In this document: piece by piece, positions 42,101 to 54,100 of the stretch
How positions within the stretch are numbered: the first letter of the stretch is position 1
How the letters are laid out: each line of letters begins with the position of its first letter
Source: Chiloscyllium plagiosum
Lineage: Eukaryota
Direction of reading: 5' to 3'
Length of the DNA: 64,000 nt
NCBI RefSeq assembly: GCF_004010195.1
Contig: NC_057718.1
Span: 39,476,635 to 39,540,634, forward strand
Program-made: the position numbers and the translations under genes
Notes under the pieces: model-generated
Databases searched by the model: none
Told to the model about the DNA's origin: nothing
The model's input: the letters and a program-made list of their open reading frames with translations, nothing else

Positions 42101-45100
42101 TTGACTCCGGACCTCATGAAGTCTCGTGGCTTCAGATGAAACATATGCAAGGAGCCCTCCTGCTGATTACCATGTACTGTCCTCCCTCAGTTGATAATAT
42201 CAGTATTCCTCCATGTTGAACAACATTGGGAGGAAACATTGAGGATGTCAAGGACACAAAATGTACTTTGGGTGGGGATTTCAATGTCCATCACCAAGAG
42301 TGGCTCAGCAGCAGTACTACTGGTCGAGTTGGTCAGCAAAACTAGGTCTGTGGCAGTTAGTGAGGGAACCAGCAAAAGGGAAAAACATACTTGATCTCAT
42401 GCTTACCGATATGCCAGCTGCAGGTGTCTGTCCATGACAGTATTGGTAAGAGTGACCACAACCACAATCCTTGTGGAGATGAAGTCCCACCTTCACATTG
42501 CGAATGAGCTCCATCGTGTTGTGTGAGACAGACTTTGAACAGATTTAGCAACTCAAGGCTGATCATCCATGAGGTGCTCTGGGCCATCAACTGCAGTAGA
42601 ATTGTGCGAGAGGACAGTCTGTAACCTCAAGATGTGACAAATCCCCCACTCAATCATTGCCATCAAGCTAGTGGGTCAACCCTGGCTCAGTGGAGAGTGC
42701 AGGAGGGTATGCCAGGAGCAGCTCTGGGCATATCTGAAGAGGAGATATCAACTTGGTGAAGCTACCCAACAGGATACTTACACGTCAAACAACATAAATA
42801 GCAAGTGATGAGCTAAGCAATCCCACAACCAACAGATCAGATCTGAACTCTGCGGTCCTGCACACCAGTTGTGAATGGTGATGGACAGTTAAACAACTCA
42901 CTGGAGGTGGAGACTCCAGAAATATACCCACCCTTGATGGAAAAGTCCAGCATATCAGTGGAAAAGATAAAGCTGAAGCTTTCACAGCAAACTTCAGCCA
43001 GAAGTGCCAAGTGGGTGATGCATCTCTGCCTCCTCCATGGTCTCCCAGCATTACAGATACCAGTCTTCAGCCAATTTGATTCACTCCACATGACCTCAAG
43101 AACGGTTGGAGACGCTGGATATTGCAAAATCTATGGATCCTAACAACATTCCAGCAATAGTGCTGAAGACGTGCTCCAGAACTTGCCACTGATCTAACCA
43201 AAATCTTCCAATACAGTTTCAACACTGGCATCTACCTAATAATGTGGAAAATTGCCCAGGTATGTCCTATACATAAAAAGCAGGACAAATCTAACCCAAC
43301 CATTTACTGCTGCTTCAGACTACTCTCAATTATCAGTAAAATGTTTGAAGGTGTCGTCAACAGTGCTATCAAGCAACACCTGCTTAGTTTGGGCTCTGCC
43401 AGGACCACTCAGCTCCTGACCTCATATAACCATGTTGAACCATGGACGAAAAAGCCAAATTCCAGAGGGAAGGTGAGAGTAACAGCCCTTGACATCAAGG
43501 CTGCATTCAATCAAGTGTGGCATCGATCTCTAGCAAAACTGGAATCAATGGATAATGAGGCAAACTCTTTGCTGGTTGGAGTCAAAATTGCAGATAGGAA
43601 GATGGTTGTGGTTGTTGGAGGTCAGTCATCTCAGCTCCAGGACATCTCTGCAGGGGTTCTTCAGGTAATGTTGTAGGCCCAACTATTCTCAGCTGCTTCA
43701 TCAATGACATACCCTCCGTCATAAGGTCAGAATAGGAATATTAGTTGATGATTACACAACGTTCAACATCATTCACAACTCCTCAGATACCGAAGCAGTC
43801 TATGTTCACGTGCAACAAGATCTGGACAGTATCCAGGCTTGGGCTGAAAGTGGCAAGTACATTTGTGCCTCACAAATGCAAGGCTATGGCCATCACCAGT
43901 AAGAGACAATTGAGCCACCGCCCCTTGACATTTAATGATACTTGCCGTCACTGATTACCAAACTGTAAACCTCCTGGGGGGTTATCATTGCCCAGAAACT
44001 CAATTGGACTCGTTATGTAAACACAGTGGCTACAAGAACTGGTCAGAGGCTACAAATACTGCAGCGAGTAACTCATCACCTGATTCCTCAAAGCTTATCC
44101 ATCATCTACAGTGTACAATTCAGGAGTGTGATGGAATACTCCCCACTTGCCTGGATGAGTGCAGCCTCAACAACACTCAAGAAGCTTGACATCATCCAGG
44201 GTAAAGCAGCCCACTTGATTGGTGCTACATTCTCAAGCATCCACTCTCTCACCACCAACATTCAGTAGTAACAGTATGTACTATCTACAGGAAGTACTGC
44301 AAAGATTTATCAAAGATCCTCAGACAGCACCTTTCAAACCCATGACCACTTTCATCTAGAAGGCCAAGAACAGCAGATCTGAACACTACCACTTCAAGAT
44401 CCCCTCCAAGCCACTCACCATTCTGACTTGGAAATATATCGCTGTTCCTTCACTGTCGCTGAGTCAGAATCCTGGAATTCTCTCCCCAGTGGCATTGTGG
44501 GTCAACCCACATCATGCAGACAGCAGCGGTTCAAGAAGGCAGCTCATCGTCACCACCACCACGGCAACTAGGGTTGGGCAATAAATGTTGGCCAGCCAGT
44601 GATGCCCCATCCCACAAAGGAATAAAAAAAGGATCACGCATTTAGCTGTTGCAGCTTGCTGTACCTTTCAGTAAGATCGTGGCTGATCTTCCTGAACTCC
44701 ACCCTCTCCTGCATTATCTGCATATCCCTTGATTTCCTTTGTATTCAAAAGCTATCACAGTCACTGTCTTGGAAGTATACAACACTGAGCATCTACAGTT
44801 CATGATTATCCTGGCAAGAGAAACATCATCCAGTATCTATAATGTGAAATTTGAGAAACTTCTATATTTCAAGAAAATCAATTTTCATTTGTTTAAACTC
44901 TTTGGAAGATAAGCCTAGTCAACTCAATTTCTCTTCAAAGCAGTCCTTCAGCCCAGGAATCAGACTACTGAACCTGTACTGCACTCCCACTTCAGACTAA
45001 TTGAATCCTTTTGGTTAAGGAGACCAAACTGTCCATAGTATTTTGGGAGTGATCTCACTAAGGCTGTATATAATTTCTCTAAGACTTAATTAACCTTACC

Positions 45101-48100
45101 TTTTAATCACTTTGTAATATAGTCAAATGCGCTATTTGATTTTTAAAAATTTATTTGCAATACCTCAAATTGTAACTTGTGATTTATGTGCCGAGATACC
45201 CTGGTCCCTCTGGAAAAACAGTTTCTCAATCCCTCACCTTTTAAATTAATTTTGCCAACCAAACGGATAATTCCACACTTCTCCATATTGTATGCCATAT
45301 ATCACATTTCTGCCCATTTACTTAACCTAACTCTATCCCATTGTAGCCTCTTTACAACCTCATCACAGCTTACTTTCATGCCTAACTTTGCATCAGCAGC
45401 AAACTTGGATACATTATCTTCAGATGCCTCATCTAAACCATTGATGTTGATTGGGCTTTAGACAGTCAATTAAAGCCTAGGTAAAAACAATGACTGTAGA
45501 TGCTGGAAACCAGATTCTGGATCAGTGGTGCTGGAAGAGCACAGCAATTCAGGCAGCATCCGAGGACAGGCAAAATCGACGTTTCAGGCAAAAGCCCTTC
45601 ATCAGGAATAAAGGCAGAGAGCCTGAAGCGTGGTGGCGGAGCAGACCCGAGGGGCCGAATGGCCTACTCATGTTCCCACTTCTAATGGTCTTTTGACCTG
45701 TTTTCCTTGACCTGAGAATAGGCAGTGAGGATAAGCTATTACTTTGATGAGTACTGTGTAGATTTAGCAGAACTACCTGAAAATCTTGGCAAGTCACTTT
45801 GTATTTGACCATAACATCCAAAAGAACTGTGAATGCTGAAAATCAGAAACAAAACCAGAGACCGCTGGTAAAGCTCAGCTGCATCGATGGAGAGAAATCA
45901 GGGTCCTGAAATATTAAATCTGATTTCTCTCCACAGATGCTACCAGACCTGCTGAGCTTTTTCTCTGCCTTTATTCCTGATGAAGGGCTTTTGCCCGAAA
46001 TGTCGATTTTGCCTGTCCTCGGATGCTGCCTGAATTGCTGTGCTCTTCCAGCACCACTGATCCAGAATCAATTAAAGCCTACCAATCTGAAAATGACCTA
46101 TTATTCCTACTTTATGTTCTTATTCACAAGCCAATTCTAGTACCATATATTATCCACAATGCTGTGAGTTATAAGTAAGTGTCTTAATGTTCTATGGCAC
46201 CTTATTGAAGGTATTTTTAAAAAGCAGGTTGCACAACAGCAGTTCATTCTTCCTTATCTATATTAACAGTAACACTTAAAAAAGAAACTTAGTTGTCAAA
46301 CGCTATTTCCCTTTCATAAATTCATGTTGACTATTATAGTTCTCGAAGTCTCTTGATCTTATGTACCTAGTAAAAGGTTCTAATATTTCCCATACTGATT
46401 TCATCCTGACTGGTCTATAGATCCCTTTTTTACTCTCTACTTTCTTGAATAATGGAGTAATATTTTGTGAATCTCTGAATTGTTGAAAGTAAAGATTGCA
46501 TTGATTCTATGAGAGACTTGAATCTCCTGGATTAATGTACTGAACATCAAATGAGTTCTAAGTACGATCCCATAAAACTTTCTATGTGGGTGTATGTAGA
46601 TCTTTGATTCTTTGACATAAGCAAATTATTCAAATAATCGTTTTTCCCTGTAGGCAAAGCTGTCCTAAGTTTCCTTGTCTTCTGTTTCTTTCCACAGGAT
46701 AGTGGTGGTTAATTAGTGGTGTGGCACTAAAATTCATACCTCTGAGTAGTATTTACCTCTTTTCCTTTTTCATTCATTTTTTTCATGTTCCCCATTAACC
46801 TTTCTCAATTGACCTAGTTTTTATCAATTTCTAGCTCGCAAGTTGAAACTCAGTTGAAAAATATTGCTGAGAATATTTAAATTACCTTATACCACTGGAA
46901 ATTTAAGCAAACTAATCATTGGTATGCTACGTTGATGTCTAGGCTTGGATTTTTGTGGTGAGATAACTTAATATTTGAAAACAATATTCGCAGATGAAAA
47001 ACATAATAATTTTCATAGGTATCTAATATTTGCTGAATGACCAGTTGAGATGGCCATCAGTCCTGAAACTGCTACCATCAAGGATACAGTGATATAAATC
47101 ACTGTTTTAAACTAAATTATTGTGAAAGCCATTTTAAAAGTTAAACAAAGCATCCTTTTTTCGTTAAAGATTTTTGAGGAATTATTAATTTAGAATATGA
47201 CGTTTTCTCTCTCTCTTTTCTGTCTGCCTCTCTCCTCACCCTCTCTTCTCTTCTCTCTCTCACTCCCCCCCTTCTCTCTCCGTCCTCACCCTCCCAACTC
47301 TACATTCGTTGCCTCCAGTTCCCTATCCTGTTTCGGTGATTGTTTTTATGCAACCATCAATATTATGCAGGGTTTTGATTGGTGGTTTCTTATATCATTG
47401 CCTCAGCTACCAGATAAGTCAATTGCAAGTCTAGTGAAGTACTATTACTCCTGGAAGAAAACTCGATCCCGAACAAGTTTGATGGATCGGCAAGCTCGAA
47501 AATTAGCAAGTCGAAACAATCAAGATGAAAGGTGAGGGAAGTCAGATGGTTATTTCCTTGGCATTCATGTCTACTAGTAGCAGAAACAATTATACTGTGC
47601 ACACTAAATTATGTTTCACACCAAGATCGAGCAAGACTATTGTAGTCCATTCGGTCTTGGATCCATCAAATTCTGCTTTGCAATTGGTACTCTGAGTAAA
47701 TTTTTCATCAGGTATTTATACATCTCTCTTGATTTTACTCATGGAATCAGTCACTGCTGCCTACTTTTCATCCTCTTCCTCCTAGGTTCTAGTCTTACAC
47801 CCTCTATTAAAATATATGTTCAATATTTTAATTAATTTGTCTGTATTCTTTAGGAACCTGAATATATTTCAATAAAATGATACTTAAATTTTAAAACATG
47901 TTTTATAGCATTAGGCCTTGAGCATTTAGCTCAAGGTTTTGGTGTGGTCATTGTTGACTGGAAAAGAGGTTTGCATAAGCCCTTGACCTCCGAAATGTAC
48001 CTCTTCAGACAATATTTCTAGGTAGAGTATCCCTACAGTGGCTTTTAAAAGAGTAGGCTGGTTAATAGCTAAACATATTACATGATATAACCATAATAAG

Positions 48101-51100
48101 GAATACCTGATCCTGAGAAGTAGAGACCCGTATGTCCTCAAAGCCTCCCTGAAAAGGTGAAACAAGCTGAATCCATCTCCCCAACCCTCTTGTCCCTCCT
48201 GTCCTGCTTGTGACTGAATCTGCGCATTACACGTTTGAGTTATTGGTCGTTCTCGAAGCTACTGATCTGGAGTGAAATCAAGTTATCCACAATTCCAAGG
48301 GACTGCCTAATAAAGAATGGCTTTGTCTGACACAAGTTTAAAGGACAGGTGACCAACTCAATCCTAGGAGGCAGGGCAGATATATTTGTGCCTTCAATTT
48401 AACTCTGGTTTATTCTTTTATCTGCTGAGGCCATGCTCAGGAGTGATGGGAGGAAAAGGGAGTTAGACTTTTGGACAGATTCATGAATAGAAAAGGTTTT
48501 ATGGGCCAAACACAGGCAAGTGGGACAGGCCACTATAAATGCCAGAGGAAATACCACAGAAGCGCTTCACAGGAGGCTCCCAAGCACTGAGGATGTCACC
48601 TAGACAGGGGACAAAACGTTTGCAACAAAAACTTCCAGCTCGGCAAACAGAACCACAGCAAGTGGGACTAGTTTAGTTTGGGAAACTTGTTTGGCATAGA
48701 CAAGTTGGACAGAAGGGTCTCTTCCTATGCTTTATGACTCCATGATTGTGGGTAATAAGTATTCTTTTAATAAAGTTAGACTCTAATCAACAGTATTAAT
48801 TGTATTGGATCATTTTATAGTTTTCTAACTCTTTTATGTTTCTAGGTACAAAAAGTATATGCATGTCATTTATAATATTTAAACTGGATTCTTGATTTTT
48901 AGTGATGATGGGATGGAGGAAGGAGCTGCAAACGATGTTGCTGACAGTGATTATGATCCCACTAAAGAAACTAAGAAAGAGGTGAGAAATTGTTGGAAAG
49001 TAAGAGGCAATGGCCTCATGGTTTTATTGCTGGACTGTTAATCCAGAGACCAGGTAATGTTCTGGGGTTCACGGATTCGAATCCTACCACAGTGGCATTT
49101 GAATTCAATAAATATCTGAAATTAAGAGTCTAATGATGACCATGAATCCATTGCTAATTGTCGGAAAAAACCCATCTGGTTCACTAATATCCTTTAGGGA
49201 AGGAAACTGCCATTGTTACCTGATGTGGCCTACATGTGACTTCAGACCTACAGCAACGTGGTTAACTCATAATTGCCCTTTGGCAGTTAGGGATGGGCAA
49301 TAAATGCTGGCCTAGCCAGCGACGCCCTCCTCCCATGAATGAATAAAGTATTATTGCTCTGCTGTTCATCCAGAGATGCAGGTAATGTTCTGGGGACTGG
49401 GTTCGAATCCCGCCATGGCATTGGTTGAATTTGAAGTCAGTTAAATTAAATCTGAAGTTAATAGTCTAATGATGACCACGAAACCACTGTTGATGATCAG
49501 GAAAATCCATCTGGTTCATAAATGTCACCTGGTCTGGCTCCTGACCCACAACAATTAGGGATGGCCTAGCCAGTGATGCCCTTGTCCCTTGAATGTATAT
49601 AAGAAACAAAGCCAAGTTTCCAGCTGAAGATTCAGTCACTGAACTGTGAAAGTTCATAATTTCTACATGTGCCATTTGATTAAAAGTTAAGATTGTGAAA
49701 GCAAAGGTTTGCTGCAATTAGATTTTCAACATTATGAAACCTTAATGCTTTTAAGGTTCCACAATGGCCTTATATCATTTACATTCTTCTTTAGATTTAA
49801 AGATGTGTATATAAATGGGCATTCCCTGGGCAGAAATTCTGGCTGATCAGAGACTGACAGCACTTCATTGCTTGGCAACAAAAGCAAGCAGAATGATGAC
49901 TGTTCTGCTGATAATGGACTTAAACTAATGTTTAAGATTGCTACAGGACCCAAGCCACGAGAAATGGCAGGAGGGGTGTCAAGGAGTGTCGCTCTCTGTT
50001 GGCTCCCTTCTTTCTGATTATGTGTCATTTGATCAGGCAATGAATGTCTTTGAATGACACCCACCTGAAAGGCCTCCAGTAACTCCAGTGAAATTCTTCA
50101 GGCTTCCTACATGGTAAGTCTCCTTCATAATGGTGGATGAACATCATTGGATGTGGATTGACACCCTCAAGTGGGCATTAATTGCTTCTGAAGGGCTGCA
50201 GGCCTTCCAGACCTAATCAGTGAAAAGCTGGGTCTTGCCAATAAAGTGCCCACCTCCTCCAAACTTGCCATGAAGGCAGGCATTAAATTTTAATTCTAGA
50301 GCCTTCAGTATAGCTTGCAAAAGAGTATTATTTTCATAAACTCATTGTATATAAACACAGATTAAAAATGCATTTTGTCCATTATGCCCATCCTTTCTTA
50401 TATATAAAAGCATGTGGAGAGTTAGCAAATGGAATGTCTACTATGTGAATTGGTGATTTGTTTTGGAGGCCTTTAAATATGATGATGACTTTCTACATGT
50501 GCCGTTGACCAAAGAGAAGGAAATGAGTACTTCCTGTTTAGCAAATGAAGCATTTATGTGGAAACTTGGAAGAGGAGAGAAACATTAATACTTCCCTCCC
50601 TACTGGTCTCAGCTGGGAATGTACTTGCAGAGATTGCATGGGACAGGGCAACGTAGTTGTGATATCTTTCACATTGCAGTAGCTGGGGGACGCACCTTGC
50701 CCAACTTCACATGAGGAGTAAACACTAGTGCAAGGTACTGTAGGGCTGTTTAAGCGCAAGTCATCACCTTAAGTAGAGAGAGGTAATCAGAGAAAACTGG
50801 TAGTGCAAATATTTGATTGGCTGATAAATGTTTGTGTATATGTTGTATTGAATTACTTATTTCTTTTTCCAGATTGTATGATTTGCGCAAGAAAAGGATT
50901 AGATGAAAATGATTTTGTTGCAAAGGTGTTTGCTATAGCAAGTGACAGTGAAGTGATTGTATAAAATAGCATTGTGCACTGATACCTTGTTTCTACTGAT
51001 TCTTATTCCTACAACTCAACATTTTTTTTGAGTGTATGCAGATTGACTGAAGCAAAGTAGAACTTCTCCATAGCTATTGGATATCTGTGTGATTCATGTA

Positions 51101-54100
51101 TTCTGCATCTTGATTTTAAAAGCATACTGTATAACTTAGAGCAAATATGGTGATGCTCCATTGCTTCATTGATTTATGGGCTGCCTCCTGAACCTAGAAA
51201 TCACTTTTAAAAATCTACTTCTCCCAGAAATAAGCAGGTTCCCATTCTTAGGACGTGATAAAACTGGATAATAGTATTAAACAAAAAGAGGAGGGTGGAA
51301 ATGTGCCACCACTCAAAATTATTTCTTGGAAGTTTTAGCAAAGAGGAGAGGTTGCCTTTACATAAGGAATGAAATGAGGAAAATATTAACTGGAATGTTG
51401 GATACAAAATACCAAGTACTTAAAGAAAAATCTGCAGAAGGATAAAAGCAATTAGTTACATTGTTGAGGGTGTGATGGATAACAGCAGTTGTTTTAGAAT
51501 TGGCTTTAATGGCAAAAGAACAGATTCTGCAGCAGATTACAACTCGTCATCTGTTCTAGAGTTTCTAAATGATCCTGCTAAGAAATCCATATGCCTGACA
51601 TTTCAGTCTGCCAAACATGATCTGGATGCTTGTACATTAGGATCTGTTTGACCACAGGAATTTGACATTGTTTAAAAAGATTCAAGAGTTGAGGCTCCTT
51701 ACCGCAACTATACACCAAAGTACTGCTGGAGTTCAAATAACTATAAAACATGCAAGTTTCCAACAGGTGGCATGATTTTGTTTTTTTTTTGCTTTTGTAC
51801 CATCCAGGATCACCTTAACATGCAGTGCATTGGCTTTCAGGAATATCTGGAGTTGGTGGGAAGGATTCCAATCCCAGTGACAGTACTTGAGGTCACCTCT
51901 TTTAATGAAATCAATCATCAGATGCGAGTATTGCGATTCAGCCTGTCTTCAGAATCAGATCTTTATATTAATTAGGAGTATCCATTTGTTTTCTGTCCCT
52001 CGTTGCTGGATGTGGCACTTAAGCCAACTTGTCCCAAAAGAGAAACTGCTTCTCAGCAAAATATTTACCTTGTTGAGAATCATGAATTGGGACTTTTACC
52101 AATGTCGCAGTTCCTCCCCCTGTGCGGCAGTCCTTATCATGCTATTTTCAGATGTGGGGTGGTAGCGACAGACTGGAATTTGTGTATCACAGTATTCTGA
52201 AGCAAGGCAGAGTGGATGGATGCTGAGGTAAACAGTTTAGAAGATTTGTCTCCATTCAATAGAACACTAGCCCAAATCAGAAGCTAAGTGTAAGGCCCCG
52301 AAATCCTCACCCTTCCACTCCTTCAACAGCTTCTCACCTCATGAAGCCCTTTCTGCTACACACCTACATAGTTCCTCAGTCCATTCTATATCTTTTCAAT
52401 CACCCCAATTTCCTTCACTCCTTCTTTCTGTTGCCCATTCACCAATACACATCAGTGCATCCAATACACACACACAGCCCCTAAATTCTATAATGATTTT
52501 GGGAAATGTCTGATGTACTTCTGAAGCTGAAAAGGTTGTGAAACCTTTACAATAAATGAACTTGCAATCCCCTTGACATCTGTTACCATTGTGCCATTAT
52601 GTGCAGTTGTCAACATCTTTTTGTATTTAGAAGGTTCCTGAAAACAAAATAGGAATATCCTGTTGTTTGCAACTTGGCTGAACTACAATGAATAACATGT
52701 CCTACTAAAATGGATCTGACTCCATGGACTGGATTTTATGGCTCAACACATTCCCCATTGCCCATTACCATCATCATCAATAGGAAAGTCAGTATTGAAC
52801 CCACCAAAATCGATCTGTTACACAGTGATAATATGCTGGGAAGAACAACAGTTGATTCATTATGTTCCCGTCTGGGAGGATATCCTATACTAAGGAGCTG
52901 GCAGCTCTTTAGTCCCTGCAGAACCAGGATTGAGCAATGGCCACTGCTGGGACTACAGCCAGTCCCTGAGGAAGAAAATTTGTGAAGTCAGGATCAGAGA
53001 GTAGTCCGAGAAGTCCACAGCACAGAAGAAAAAACCCTTCAGCCTAAATTGTCCACACCAGTCAAAAACCAACCACTTTTCTAATCGCATTTTGCAGCAC
53101 TTGGTCCATAGCCTGTATGCCTTGGCAGTGAAAGTGTATATCTAAATGCTTCTTAAATGTTACATGGATGTCTGCCTCTACAGGAAGTGAGTTCCACATT
53201 CCCCACTGCTCTTTGGGTGGAAAAGCTTTTCCTCACATCTCCTGTAAACCTTCTGCCCCTTCCTTAATCTACCCTGGTCATTGATCCTGCTATCAAGGGG
53301 AAAAATTTCTTCCTGGCTCCCCCTTCTATAACCTCAATTTTATACGTCCCCTCTCAATCTCCCCTGCTCTAAGGGAAACATCTAGTCTGTCCAATCTCTC
53401 TCTTCGTAACTGAAACTCTCCAAGTAAATTAACATCCTGGTAAATCTCCAGTACATCTTTGATTTTATGTCTCCAAAGTCTCCAGGCATAGTTTTATAGT
53501 CCTAACCCGAAGATCCCCATCATCGGGAAGATGATAGGTTGGGATGTTGAGTTGGAAAAGCCAGGTTAGGTTAAAGTAGGAGGTGCTGAGAGAGGGCTAT
53601 GGAGGCATCTGATGTTGGGGGAGGTTGCCTCTGATAGGCACATGAGAGCTTCTAAATATGGTACCTCCTTTCTTGCCCCAATGTAACCTGTAAAGGTTAC
53701 CAGCTTTTTTGTGTCTTGTCTTGACACATTTAAAATAATAACAAGCAGAATGGGGCCCTTATTGACACTTGACTCTCAGGGTTGACGGGCTGCTTGACAC
53801 ATGCCCTGCTGACAACAATGTAGGAAACAGGTCCAGGCTGGGCAGCAAAGGGACGAGAAGGCTATTTGTTTACTTTACAATCCTCCGCCTTTAAATAAGC
53901 AAGTGGAGGCTATAACATTCAGCACATGAAAATAGTGGGGTCTTTAAAGTGTTTAACTTGCAAGTGAAACTCGTCAGGTTGGGAGTACTTTGTACAGATA
54001 TGCTACCTGTACGCTTATCTCACTCCCTCAAAATATATCTGAACTCCGACTTACTTTCCTATCCACAAACTGGATGATCATTACTAGTTCAAGAAAATAA

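Larger units (their letters stand above)
44650..46480 (-). mobile_element. Old CR1 remnant hosting the 45480-46067 insertion
   Basis: CTAACTTTGCATCAGCAGCAAACTTGGA (reverse reads SKFAADAK) at ~45380-45410, plus other CR1 motifs. Confidence 0.65.

Noticed and set aside
50478..50540. ATGATGA C-box suggesting an intronic C/D snoRNA
   Set aside because: No suitably placed CTGA D box and no terminal stem.
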